A stretch of DNA of 64,000 nucleotides from Hypanus sabinus. Lineage: Eukaryota. Made by a program: the position numbers and the translations under genes. The stretch covers positions 36,394,001 to 36,458,000 of the forward strand of contig NC_082707.1 of assembly GCF_030144855.1 (NCBI RefSeq), in the 5' to 3' direction. A model generated the notes under the pieces. It had not been told where the DNA came from, searched no databases, and saw only the letters and a list, made by a program, of their open reading frames with translations. Within the stretch, counting starts at the first letter, position 1. Each line of letters starts with the position of its first letter. This document shows, in pieces, positions 1-12,500 of this stretch.

Positions 1-396
1 TATCCACCAGTGTAGGGTGATGGGGTGAAGATACATCTCTATCAAAGGAGATGTATGGTCCTCCTTCCCTCTGCTAACCAGCAGGTTGCTCGTGATCAAT
101 ATGTAGCACCTGTTTAGCTGGCTTCAGGGCTGCATAAAGCCATGGGAGCAGATAGTGGATGGTCATATGAGCAGCTGGTGCATGACACAAGCCCTGGTTA
201 TGCGACCACTGACGCCCGGCAGGCAATCTCTGAAGAGCAGTGATAATTGCTGGGGTCACTCATTCTGTACAGAAGGCAGCACTGCCCAGAAGAAGGCAAT
301 GGCAAACCACTTCTGTAGAAAAATTTGTCCAGAACAATCTTGGACATAAGACCATGATCACCCCCGTCATATGACTCAGCATGATGATGATGATGA
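1..396 (+). mobile_element. RTE-tailed SINE/LINE 3' fragment
   Basis: GAAGAAGGCAATGGCAAACCACTTC resembles RTE/BovB-type tails; ends in (TGA)n at ~381-396; second copy at 23790-24055. Confidence 0.55.
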
Positions 397-464
397 TCAA
401 CCTGTGTTGTCTCCTTTAGGGAACAAGATACCTGTGGTTGCTGTTTTTCAACACCCTTCATGGC

Positions 465-785
465 CCTAAAACTTATTGTGCATGTCTTGCTCTGGTTTAA
501 CTGACCAAAACAAAACACCTCTCACCTGTCTAAGCCAAATGCCATTTGCCCACTTCCCCAATTTATGATGATCCTTTAAGAATCTGAGATAGCTCTCTTC
601 ACTATCCACCATACCACCAATTTTAGCATCATCCACAAACTTACTAACCATATTAACAACACTGTCATCCAAACTGCTAATATAGATGACAAACATCAAT
701 TTTCGCAGCACTGATCCCTATGGTATACCAGTCATCACAGGTCTCCAATCTGAATAACAACCTCCACCACTACCCTCTGCCTCCT
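465..785 (-). mobile_element. CR1 LINE reverse transcriptase fragment
   Basis: Minus ORFs give WRPVMTGIP and VSKFVDDAKIGGMVDSEE (CR1 SGVPQG and FADD regions), degraded. Confidence 0.8.
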
Positions 786-1606
786 TCATAAAGACAAAAG
801 TTATAATTTCAATTTTAAAGAAGTATAAAAAGAAAAATAAAGCAAGATAAGAAAGACTAGATGAGTGAAAAAATATCAACAAAAAAGTGAGAAAATGTTT
901 TAAATTATATGTTAAAACATCTATAATGGCTACTATAGAAATGAATGGCACTGTACACTTTATCTAAATATAGAAACCATGCCATTCAGTACAATTGATG
1001 AGATTTCCTTTTCCCAAACTTAATGGTGAAACACTATAACTTGAGAGAAATGGGCTGACATGCGTTCCCTTATCTATCTGTCATCTGAGCTTTCTGCGTC
1101 ATTTAACCTTAAATAACAGTGAGCGCTAATATTCTCAGTAATATTTTGACAGGAAAACCTATGCTAATAATAGATACAGTTCCAAGATCAAAAGAATGAT
1201 TGCCAGAGCATTAACATATTTTACTGGGTCTAGTCTTAAGTTCATGCTCTGAGCAAACTTCTAATATTTAGATTTTTATTGAGATTATTTTGGGGATGGG
1301 ATAAATGTGTTATAGATGCTGAAGGCAAAAATCTTTGTCTAAATTTGTTCAAAATCTAATACTTCTGGCAGAATATTAAGGCCAGAAGCCTACCACCGTT
1401 CAAGTACGTTTATTATTTTTATATAAATATATAGTTTCTGGAAGTGAGAGAACGCCATAATTTGTTTTCAAATCCGCTATGTGCATTTCATTTTCAGAAC
1501 ATTTAAGGTAACTTGAACAGTGATATATTGTGACTGCATTTTGATTTAATTCTTAAAAGTAGGAAATATTGCATTCAAAAGTGAATGTAAAACTGTTCTG
1601 AAGATT

Positions 1607-1832
1607 CACAAACAAGAGAAAAGTAGTTGCTGGAAATCCAAGCAACACACATAAAATGCTGCAGGAACTCAGCAGGCCAGGCAGCTTCTATGGAAAAGAG
1701 TACAGTCGACGTTTCAGACCGAGTAACATCAGCAATCCTAATGAAAGGTTTTGACCCGAAACATCGACTGTACTCTTTTCCATAGATGCTGCCTGGCCTG
1801 CTGAATTCCTCCAGCATTTTGTGTGTGCTGCT
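1607..1832. mobile_element. Penelope-like terminus fold-back (inverted repeat)
   Basis: Arms ~1640-1724 and ~1748-1832 are reverse complements; degenerate 13-bp TSD TGTTCTGAAGATT / TGTTTTAAAGATT. Confidence 0.75.
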
Positions 1833-1910
1833 TGTTTTAAAGATTATTACTTAGTAACTGTTAACAGTACGGGGAACCAATAAATTTTCACATTTTAGCA
1901 AAACATTTTT

Positions 1911-2180
1911 AGCGTAGTGGTTAGCATAACTAACTCTTTACAGTACAAGTGATCTGGGTTCATCTCCCATTGCTCTCTGTAGGGAGTTTGTACATACTCC
2001 CCATGACCGCACGTGTTCCGGTTTCCTCCCTCATTCCAAAAGATGTCCTGATTGGTAGGTGAATTGGTCAATGTAAGTTGTCCTGTGATTCGGCAAGGGT
2101 TAAATCGGGGGGTTGCTGGGTGGCGTGGCTCGAACGGCTAGCGCAGCCTGTTCTGCATTTTATCTCAATACATAAATAAA
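1911..2180 (+). mobile_element. V-SINE (tRNA-derived SINE)
   Basis: tRNA-like head GCGTAGTGGTTAG..GGGTTCATCTCC, V-domain CCGGTTTCCTCCCTCATTCCAAAAGATGT, AATAAATAAA tail. Confidence 0.8.
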
Positions 2181-3160
2181 TCTAAAAAGTCTGCATCTCA
2201 TGTACTTAAAGCCTACATACAGCAATAAAATAATGCCACACGAGTGAATCTGCAGATGCTGGAAATAAATAAAAACACAAAATGCTGGCAGAACTGGCAT
2301 ACAAAACCAAATGGCAGGTTTAGTTTGACCCAATTTTGATGGCTTCCTTTTTAGAAGAAGCATTTTGTAATTATGCAGAGAGTTTCACATCTCCCCTCTC
2401 ATGGACATGCATGTGTAAAAATGTCAGGTTTCCAAATTGATTTAGTAAATACGTTTTGATGCTCACACTTTAAAATCTGATCACACTCATCTGTGTCATA
2501 AAAATTAAATGATGGAAACAATCTACAGTTCAAGAACAATTGTGGAAAGAGAAAGAGAGCTCACTTATCAAACTGAAGACCCTTAATCATGTCAGCTCTC
2601 TTGCTGCCTTGCTTACCATCAACCACTCAAGTGAAAAATCCGCAAAATAACTGGAGTTAAATGTATTCCATGTATAAAACAACAGTGCTGTTAAAGCTTT
2701 GCAATCTATAATTGAGGTCAAGTGAACTAAAAGCTGTGCTGAATCCAACATCTCTCTCAATCTACATTAAGAAAGTTGGATCTCACATGTAGGCAACCTT
2801 GACTCAATAATCTATAATATAAATAACTCAACAACTTGGCAATAAGTTGCCAAAATTGCTCAAAAGCCTCAGGGATAGCTAATGAAAAGGTAATGAAATC
2901 TAATTAAGAAGGGACTACTTTGCTGTGGTTCACATTATAGTTCATTATTGGGGTTATGTTAAAATAACAACTTTTTACAATGATTAGTTTGGTTTCTAAT
3001 TTATCATTGTTAGCCGCTAAACAACAGTGTTTAGAACAGTTTTGTGTTGCCTAGAGTAAACATTCATTAATAAATATTCATTAATCACTGTTACTTTAGT
3101 CCGTTATTGAAGCAACCATGGATATGCAGATACTTTAACTGATTCTCCCTGATTAGGTCA

Positions 3161-3240
3161 TGCGGTTGTGAACTTTCCTTTTACTTGGCTTTACCGTGTT
3201 CCTGATCAGTTTACTTGGTTTACTAGTGTTCCTGATCACC
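3161..3240 (+). promoter_or_regulatory. Candidate proximal promoter motif cluster (RUNX, NFAT/ETS) including a 2x30-bp tandem repeat
   Basis: TGCGGTT 3161-3167, TTTCC 3174-3178, TTCCTG 3199-3204 and 3229-3234 within the tandem 3181-3240, just upstream of candidate ATG 3277. Short motifs, could be chance. Confidence 0.3.
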
Positions 3241-3276
3241 TTTGCTTATTCAATTCTGCCTAATAAGCATTCTGTG

Positions 3277-3303
3277 ATGGCACCAATTCAATTAACCTCA
3301 CAA
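3277..3303 (+). CDS. PDCD1: Candidate first coding exon (MAPIQLTSQ)
   Basis: gtgATGG Kozak (G at -3 and +4); phase-0 donor CAA|GTGGGC; unspliced read-through stops at TAG 3361-3363. Confidence 0.35.
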
Positions 3304-6300
3304 GTGGGCAACTTGGTCGGCACAGATGAGTTGAGCCAAAGGGTCTTTGTCCTTGCTGTATAGTTCTATGACTTTCTGAGCCTGTTCGAGTCTCCCCTCT
3401 CTATAGCTGCGTGCTGTGATTATTTTATTTCTGCAGAGGAATGTGGCTTCACTATTCCTGGTAACTGGTGCTGCGCACATATGCTTGTTGTGCTCAATGA
3501 ACAGTGTTAGAAATTTTAAGTCAAAGAATGTTATCTCAACAGCCATCTATTTTTCTTCTTATTTAGTTTCCTGCGGGGCCACAAAAGCTTATACCAGGTA
3601 GTTAAGATTTTCTGTGCACTGAATATGTCAGTCTTTTTTCCTAATCAATACTCATACCAACTAATCTTTAAATTAAATTTCAACATGTTAACGATACATA
3701 TATAAATGTTTACACAAGCTATACTGTCAATGAAGGATTGATGAAGACCTAATAGTTGCACAACTTGTTCTTAAAGGGTGTAATATTATTTTGAAGTTTG
3801 TATATCCGTACTGGACATTTTGCTGGTAAATCCCAAACACATGCTACTTCACTAACTTAGAACTAGTGTGTGTGTAAAATACTTAATATCACTGTTTTAA
3901 TATAATTTTATCAAACTGGAGCAGCAACAACTTGAAAACAGAAATGCACAGCACTTCAAGTTGTCCACTTTTTATTTGTAATATGCTGGCAGCTACTGGC
4001 AAAACAAACTTGCAGCAGAACACTAGAAGTAAATGGGTGCCACCACTAAAAGCTAGCAGCAATCCCTCCACTGTGGAAATGGCAGTCAATGTCTTTGGTC
4101 ACTTAATAATAGTAATATAAAGTATTAAAAGAAAATCATTAGCTTAATATTGCACCACTTGACTATTCAAAATTTATTGCCCAAGTTCAATCTTTAATCA
4201 ATACACTGTATTTTATTAACATTAAAGGATACTTTTACAGAAATTATATTTCAATCAGCCTCGCATATTTGAGGAACATTTCTCATCTATAGCTAGCTAA
4301 AGCATACTACATCCAGTGCTAATTTTGTAATCCAAATCCATTTTAGAAATAAGTGGAAATTAAGGATAATTGAAATCCATTTGTAAAAACAAAAACATGA
4401 GAAATAAAAACATAAAATATTGGAAATATGTAGCAGGTCAGGCAGCATCAGTGGCAAGAGAAACTGAGTTAGATTTTCAGTCAATGATGTATTAGGAAAA
4501 ACGGGGCTTCTTATTGCTTGTGGCTTTTATTCTCCACCTGACTCCTACTTACACCTTTCTAACTGCGACCTCCTGCATTGTTATATTGTAGTCCAATGCA
4601 ATTTTGAAGAACAAAATTTCATCTTGCATCGGAGCACTTTGCAGCCATAATATTAACTTGATTTATGTACTTGCACTAGCATCATCAATTGCATTTTTGC
4701 ATTGAGTTGTTTGCATTCTGCCATCATATCACAATTTGTTCCTGTTCTCTTCAGCTGCCGTCATTAATCTATTAAATGCATGACTGCATCTATAACCTAT
4801 CTCCATGGCAACCCTTCTCTCACTCTTTTAGAGTTGTCTTCATCTTTACCCTATCTATCTATTTCCCACCCTATCTACAACTTCAAGTGAACTTGTTTCC
4901 TCATCTGATGAAGACTTTAGCTTGAAATTTAACTCAGGTTGCCTTTCCATACACGCTGCCCGGATTGCTGGGTATTACAGAATTTTCTGCCTTCAAATCA
5001 GATTTTCAGTATCTGCAGTTTATTTCCATACAGCTGTGCATATTTTGCACAGAACTTTCACTTTATTCAAAGAATGGATTTGCATTATAGAAAAATGTAA
5101 TACCATAATATAACCATTTAATCTGGCCATCAGAAATTATAAATTATCCTGCCTTATTAGTCAGTGAGCGGAGGATTATTCCCAGTTATCATTCACATTA
5201 CTTTTGATTTATTTTGATTATCAATTGATTCTTTGAATAAATTTAACAGGGCTGATAATTGACCACATTAATAGAAAAACTATGAACTTCCTAAACTCAC
5301 TATGTGAATAACTCTGTTGCTTTTATTTGTAGGTAAACCCTTTATTCTGTCACAGTACCCGAAGACCATTGAGAAGAACACAGGGGAATCAGCTACTATC
5401 TTCTGTAAACTTTCCAATGAAACAATCACTGAAGATATGAGTCTGGTATGGTACAAGCACATGCGTAAGGACAAAAGCAAACTTGGAGAAATCAATCTGA
5501 AGACAAAAAACTTTACAGCAATTGACCATATTCAGTTGATATGGGACCATGGCAACCACACAGCAAAAATGTCAGTACAGCAGCTGAAGGTGAATGACTC
5601 CGGAATTTATGGTTGTGAGCTATTTGCCATTGGTCACAATGTCGTTATCGAGAAAGCCAGTGCAACAAACATCACTGTTGCCTTTGCTGGTATGTCTGCT
5701 CATTCTTCAAATATCTAAGTAATTGCTTGATAAATCTTTGCATAGAGAGTCATGGAGAAGTACAGGTCAGAAACAGGCCTTTTGGCCCATTTAGTCCATG
5801 CCAAAACCATTTAAACAGCCTAATGCCATTGACCTGCATCGAGACCATAGCCCTCCAAGCTAACCACTCCGAGAAGATAGAAAAATTGTCAATGATATAT
5901 TTTATGGTTTAAATTCCACTGAATTTAATGCATCTGTGCTTCACAGCTTATCTTGCAGTTCATAGAGTAAGATCCTGTAGATGGTTAACTCAATACTCAT
6001 AGATACTGTATCATAGATAGAGTAGCAGAACAGAGAACTCGAGGTACTCAAAGGCTTTATGAACAACCCCACTAGCGATCAGGAGTACCTTCAAATTTTG
6101 CCACGGCCATATAGTGAGTTTTATACCTAGATATAGCGTCCAAGTTAAATCATAAGAGTTTTAATTTTGTTTTTCAATCCCTTTGTCAAACACTCCTCAT
6201 ATAATTTATTGCACGTTTCTTTCATTAATTGCTAAATTACACTTAATCATTCACTACTCAACCTTTCATGAATGTTGCTGAGGTTAGGGAAGTTTATATG

Positions 6301-9300
6301 AAATAATGCAATATTATAAAAAGTGTCTTAAAATTCATTTGATATTCTTCAAACTCTTCTCGATTTAGGGCAAGTTATCATCATTGTTTAAGATTTCGAG
6401 GTTTACTGTTATTACCAGCTCTCAGTAACGCACATTAAAGCATTTTGAATAATATTTTGAGTGAGGCATATAAAGAACGAGATTCTGGGGTGGGAATTAT
6501 AGCTTGTATCAATTCAAAAAGTTTAGTTTTCTTGAAGAACATGTGCTACAATATGGATTGTCGATGGCTATTTAATGCTTTCTATAAAACAAATTATAAT
6601 ATTCATTCTAGGTTGCTTTCATTTCTGAGAACAAATTACTCATTTTACAAAAATAATTTTAAAAATAAGACGATAAGACAGGAGCAGAGTGAGGCCATTT
6701 GGCCCATCAAGTCTGCTCCTCCTTATCGGATCAGTTTTTCCGATGTAACCAGGAAACTGGTACTTTTTTACATTCTACATGGTCTTGTTCTAAAATTCAA
6801 CCTTTTTGGACAAATTTAAGACTTTTACTGGAACAAATTACAGGAACACAATTTCCTCATAATCCAATATTACTCTTATTAGGTGATATTGAAGGGATAA
6901 AACCGAAACTCAAACTAAATAAATACCAGAAAGAATTTATAAAAATTGCACTGGCAGAAGCCAAAAAAGCTATTGCAGTTACTTGGAAATTGGATACATA
7001 TTTAAGTATAGACTCTTGGAAGAAAGAAATCTATGGTTGTATTCCATTAGAAAAAATTACTTATAATTTAAGAGATAAATATGAAACATTTCTGAAAATT
7101 TGGAGCCCTTATTTACAAAAGACAGGATTAAATCTATAGATGCTCTGAAGATGAAACAATTGGTTATTTGGGGAAAGAAATAAATATACATATTAAGGTT
7201 ATTACAAATTCCATGGAGCATGTGGAGATCTTCCAACAACCAGGCAATCTTTCTTTCTTTTTTTTTCTCTTTCTCTTTTTTTCCTATAGGGCAGTTAGGG
7301 GGGAGGGTTAAGGGGAGGGGGGAAGGGTTATATACATTTTTTTTTCATACTCCATTTTGTAACTACTTAAAAATGCAATAAAAAAAGTTTTCAAAAAACA
7401 AACAAAAAAAAGTCTGCTCCTCCATTCCATCATGGCGGATTTATTATCCCTCTCAACCCCATTCTCCTGCCTTCTCTCCGTAACCTTCAACACCCTAAAT
7501 AATCAGGAACCTATCAACCTCCACTTTAAGTATACTCAGTGACTTATTCTCCACAGCCGTTTGTGGCAATGAATTCCACATATTCACTACCCTCTGTCTA
7601 AAGCAATGCCTTCTCATCGCTGTTCTAAATGGATGTCCCTCTATTCTGAGGCTGTGCGCTCTAGTCCTAGACTCGCTCACTATAGGAAACATCCTCTCCA
7701 CATCCACTCTATCTGGGGCTTTCAATATTCGATAGGTTTCAATGAGATTCCCCCTGTTTCTACTACACTCCAGTGAGGACAGGCCCAGAATCATCAAACA
7801 CTCCTCATACGTTAACCCTTTCATTCCCAGAATTATTCTTGTGAACTTCCTCTAGACCCACTCCAAATACACTGGTTTCAGCCACTCATCTGCCTTCATC
7901 CTCTGAGTTTATTGACATGGAGGTGAGCTTTTATACTTCCTGAGATTAGCTGGTGGTAAACCTATCTCCTGAACAAAGAGGAAGTTATATTACATAGACA
8001 ATTAAAAGTGCTTGTAAGGTCGTATCTTTTGATGACAATATACTACCTTCATTTGCTTAAGGATGACTTTTTAATAACAATTAAACACAGAATGAATTGC
8101 TTCTACTGTGGTCCTTTTGACAGAAAGACAATAGTAATTTGTCTAAAATGTGTTTCTAGCAGAACTAATGTAAACATTTGAAACAAAGTCCAATACCCAT
8201 TATATTATGTACATAAACATGCTGCATCCTTAGTAGTAACACCGCAATCCTGGATTTGATCTGTATTCCTAAAGGAAAAGTAAACATTTATATGAACATA
8301 ATATAAAGCATTTGAAAAGAACAGAGTGACTATCCCAGTCCAGAGTCTAGTCAGAAATTATATTGCTTCCATTCTTATCAGAGCGATGTCATGTAAATGA
8401 CATGACCTTTCGTATTTTATGGCTCACTAAACAGCCAGATATTTATTCATTAAGGTTTCAATTAATACATTTAACATGCTTTATTGACATTAATCCATAC
8501 ACAATGGAAAGAACAATTGTTTACTAGTTCCAAAATATTTAATCAACAAGAAATCAATAATCTTGTACTTAGATGCAAATCAGGCAAATAAGAAGCAGGC
8601 AGGAAAACTTTAAATAAACCTTACTAACTGAAGGTATTACTCATCATTATTAAATATTAGATTTCTATAAATCTGAAAATGGAGATGGTGAGTCATGTCA
8701 GTGTACTATATCTTTCATAGACTTGTAAACAACCTCCAGAATCATTTTCTCACAATGAATATTCCATTCGTTCGTTCACATACAGTATGTGGGTTAGGTA
8801 CAAAAATGGTCAATGAGCTAATGTTGCATTAAACCTTGTTAAGGAAAGAGTAGTTTCCGTGGTTTTTTCAAACCACACACTGCAAAGAGTGACAGGTAAA
8901 GGAGTTTTCCAGTGTACTGTACATTACACTCAGTGGCCACTTTATTAGATAACTCCTGTACCTGATAAAGTGGCTGCTGAGTGAATGTTCAATCTTCTGC
9001 TGCTGTTGCCCATCCACTTCAAAGTTCAACGTGTGATGTATTCAGGGTTGCCCTTCTGTACTCCACTGTTGTAATGCATGGTTACTTGAGTTACTGTCAC
9101 TTGAACCAGTCTGGCCTCTCTCATCAACAAGGCATCATCACCCACATAACTGCTGCTCACTGGATGCTTGATTTTGTTTTTCACACCATTCTCCATAAAC
9201 TGTAGAGACTATGGTGCGTGAAAATCCCAGGGGATCGGCAATTTCTGAGATACTCGAGCCAAGGCGTCTGGCACCAGCAATAATTCCGCAGTCAAACTCA

Positions 9301-9497
9301 CTTAGATCACATTTCTTCCTCATTCTGATGTTTGAACAGAGCCTCTCAATCATGTCTCCATGCTCTCCGTGCTTAGAGTTGCTGCCGCATGATTAGCTGA
9401 TTAGATATTTGTATTAACAAGCAGGGGCACAGGTATATCTAATAAAGAGGCCAGTGTGTGTATTTTTAACTAAATATAATACCTATTAGTTGAAAAT

Positions 9498-9534
<37 letters not shown>

Positions 9535-12500
9535 CATTGACACAATGGATCTGGATGATGTAGGAAAATTTAAGTAACACACACAAAAGGCTGGATAATT
9601 ATATAATTATTTTATATGTTATGGCTCAGTATAAAAATAAAATACACCGAGATTGTCAATGTAAATAATATTAGCTTTAATAAAAATGCCAGATAATCAC
9701 AAGAACTAGACTGAGCAAACTAATCACAGAGCCTGTTTTACTCAAGTACTAGATTTCAGGACACTCGCGCAAATTTCCAGGAAAAGTTCAATTGTAGAGG
9801 AAGTTTAGACTTTCCAGTTAGAGGCATAGAGTCACAGAACCCTCAGCCTGGAAACAGTTCTGACCTATCTAGTCAGTGCTGAACCATTAATCTGCCTAGT
9901 CCCATTGATATGCCCTTGTCCCAGAGCCCTCCCCACCCCTCTCATCCATGCACCTATCCAAATTTCTCTTAAATGTTGAAATGAACCACACATCTACCAC
10001 TTGCACTGGCAGCTCACTCACCACCCTCTGAGTGATGAAGTTACCTCTCATGTTCCCCTTAAATGTTTCACCTTTCACCCTTAATCCATGCTCTCTAGTT
10101 GTAGTCTCACCAACCTCAATGGAAAAAGCCTGCTAGATAGGGAGAAACCCTATCTACACCCTTCATAATTCTGTATACGTCTATCAAATATCCCCTCAAT
10201 CTTCTACATTCTAGGGAATAAAGTCCTAGCCTTTTCAACCCTTCCCTATAACTCAGGTCCGCAAGTCTCGGTAAAGCCTTGTAAATTTTCTCTGTACTCT
10301 TTCAATCTTATTTACATCTTTTCTGTAGTTAGTTGACCAAGACTGCACAAAATACTCCAAATTGGGTCTCACCAACATCTCCTACAATTTCAACATGTCA
10401 GGTTCACCGGCCTATACTCTCACGGTTTATTCTTTCTTGAACAACAGAACAACTTCAGCTACCCTCCAGTCCTCCGGCACCTTACCTGCAGCTGAGGATG
10501 TTTTAAATATCTCTGCTAGGGTCCTTGCAATTTCCGTACCAGTCTCCCATGGGGTCCAAGGGAACAGCTGGTCAGGCCCTGGGGATTTATCCACACTAAT
10601 TTGCCTCCTCCTCTGTAATCTGAATAGGGTCCATGACTTTGATGCTTCTTTTCCTCACATCTATAGACTCTGTGTCCAACTCCCGAGTAAATACAGATTA
10701 AAAAAAACAATTTAATATTTCCCCATCTCTTTCAGCTCCATGCAGGGATTATGATGCTGATCTTCCAGAGGACTAATTTTGTTCCTTGCTAACCTTTTGA
10801 TCTAAATATATATATAGTTCTCTTGCATTTCTTATACTCCTCAAGCACCTCATTTGTTCCTACCTGCCCATACTTCCTATGCACCTCCTCCTTTTTTTCC
10901 AAGCAGGGCCTCAATATCTCTCAAAAAGCCAAGGCTCCATAAATCCATTATCCTTGTTGTTTATTCTGATTGGAACATACCAACTCTGTACTCCCAAATT
11001 TACACTTTCAGAGGGCTTCACACTTACCAAATACTACACGGCTTTGCCAAACAACAACCTAACCCAAACCACACTTGCCAGATCCTTTCTGATTCCATCA
11101 AAATTGACTTTTCTCCAGCTCACAAACTCAACTCGAGAGCCGGGCCTATCCTTTTCCATAATTACCTTGAAACTAATGGCAATATGATCACAAGCTAAAA
11201 AGTTCATCTTGTCCAAAAGATTGCAGCGGCCCTGCAGAAAGTTATGTCACCTGCCCTGTCTCATTTCCTAATAGGAGATTTAGCATCACACACCCTCTAG
11301 TTGGGACATTTATGTACTGATTAAAGAAGCTTTTCTGAACACATTTGACAAATTCTTTCCAATCAAGCCTTTTTACAGTATGGGAGTTCCAGTCAATATG
11401 TGGAAAGTTAAAATCACCTATTACCACAACCGTATATTTCTTGAAACAGACTGCATTCTCTCTACAAATTTACTCTTCTAAATCCCGTGGATGATCAATA
11501 ATATAATCCCGTGGATGATCAATAATATAATCCCGTAAATGCATTTATACCTTTTTCATTTCTCAGTTCTATCCATTAAGCCTTACTGGATGAATTGTGC
11601 TGTCTGAGCACTGCCGTGACATTTTAACTGACCAGTAATGTCACCCTTCCACCTTTAATGCCTCCTGCTCTATTACAACCAAAACAATGGAACCACGGAA
11701 GACTGAGCTGCTGGTCCTGCAAGCGAGTCTCACTAATGGCCGATCCATGCCCTAAGCACTTCCGTCTTTCCTACAACACTCCTTGCTCTGAAAAAAAATG
11801 CAGCTCAGAACATGAGTCACACCATGCTCAACGTTTTGATTCCTGACCTTCTACGTAGGCTTAAAAACATCTTTCTCCACAACCGCTCCACTATCTGTTC
11901 TGGCAATGCAGCATTAGCAAACCTTCTCGCTAGGAAAGTCTTCAAATTTTTACAACTTTAGAACTTTACTAAAATCTTCTTGTTTAATGAGTATCTCTAC
12001 TGTGTAACAGGAAGCAATAGAAAAAAAAGCTCGGTATAATTTGAATTGATATTGTTGTAGACTATAGCCTACACGTAAATGCAAACTGTCACACATTTTC
12101 TTCAAAATTTGCAGTCTTTGCATTGCAGGAATATGATTATAATCTAACAGACAGAGGCAGGTGTTTCATCTCACTGAACTCACACTAACAATCAAGCAGC
12201 CATGGGTTTGACAAGAATAGCATCTGTTGATGTTTTGACTCACGACTCTGCATCAGGACAGACTAAAGGAAAGATAGCCAATATATGGAAGCACATGAGT
12301 GAGGTGAGGCAGAGGATGGAAGGTGATGATGAGGTGTGTAGGATGGGGAGATGAAGTCAGGAGAAGAGAGATGAAGGGGGAACAACTAGACAGATGCTGG
12401 TGGGAGATAGGTGCAACCAGAGATAGGGGTGAAGAAGACGAATTAGAAAATAAAAGAGGGATGAAGGGCAATTGAAATCAAGTGGGGGAGGTGATAAGAA

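Noticed and set aside
1911-1975. tRNA gene (also at ~60092)
   Set aside because: No complete cloverleaf; continues into a SINE body and tail.
3112-3138. GCAACCATGG perfect Kozak giving MDMQIL, reminiscent of human PD-1 MQIP
   Set aside because: In-frame TAA after six codons and no GT donor before it; at most a uORF.
5333-5689. CD28/CTLA4, TCR/IgNAR V or NITR identity for the IgV exon
   Set aside because: No MYPPPY, no recombination signal after the V exon, and the downstream tail motifs and spacing match PD-1.
11481-11536. 24-bp tandem duplication (2.3 copies)
   Set aside because: Local slippage inside a dead CR1 endonuclease; no sign of function.
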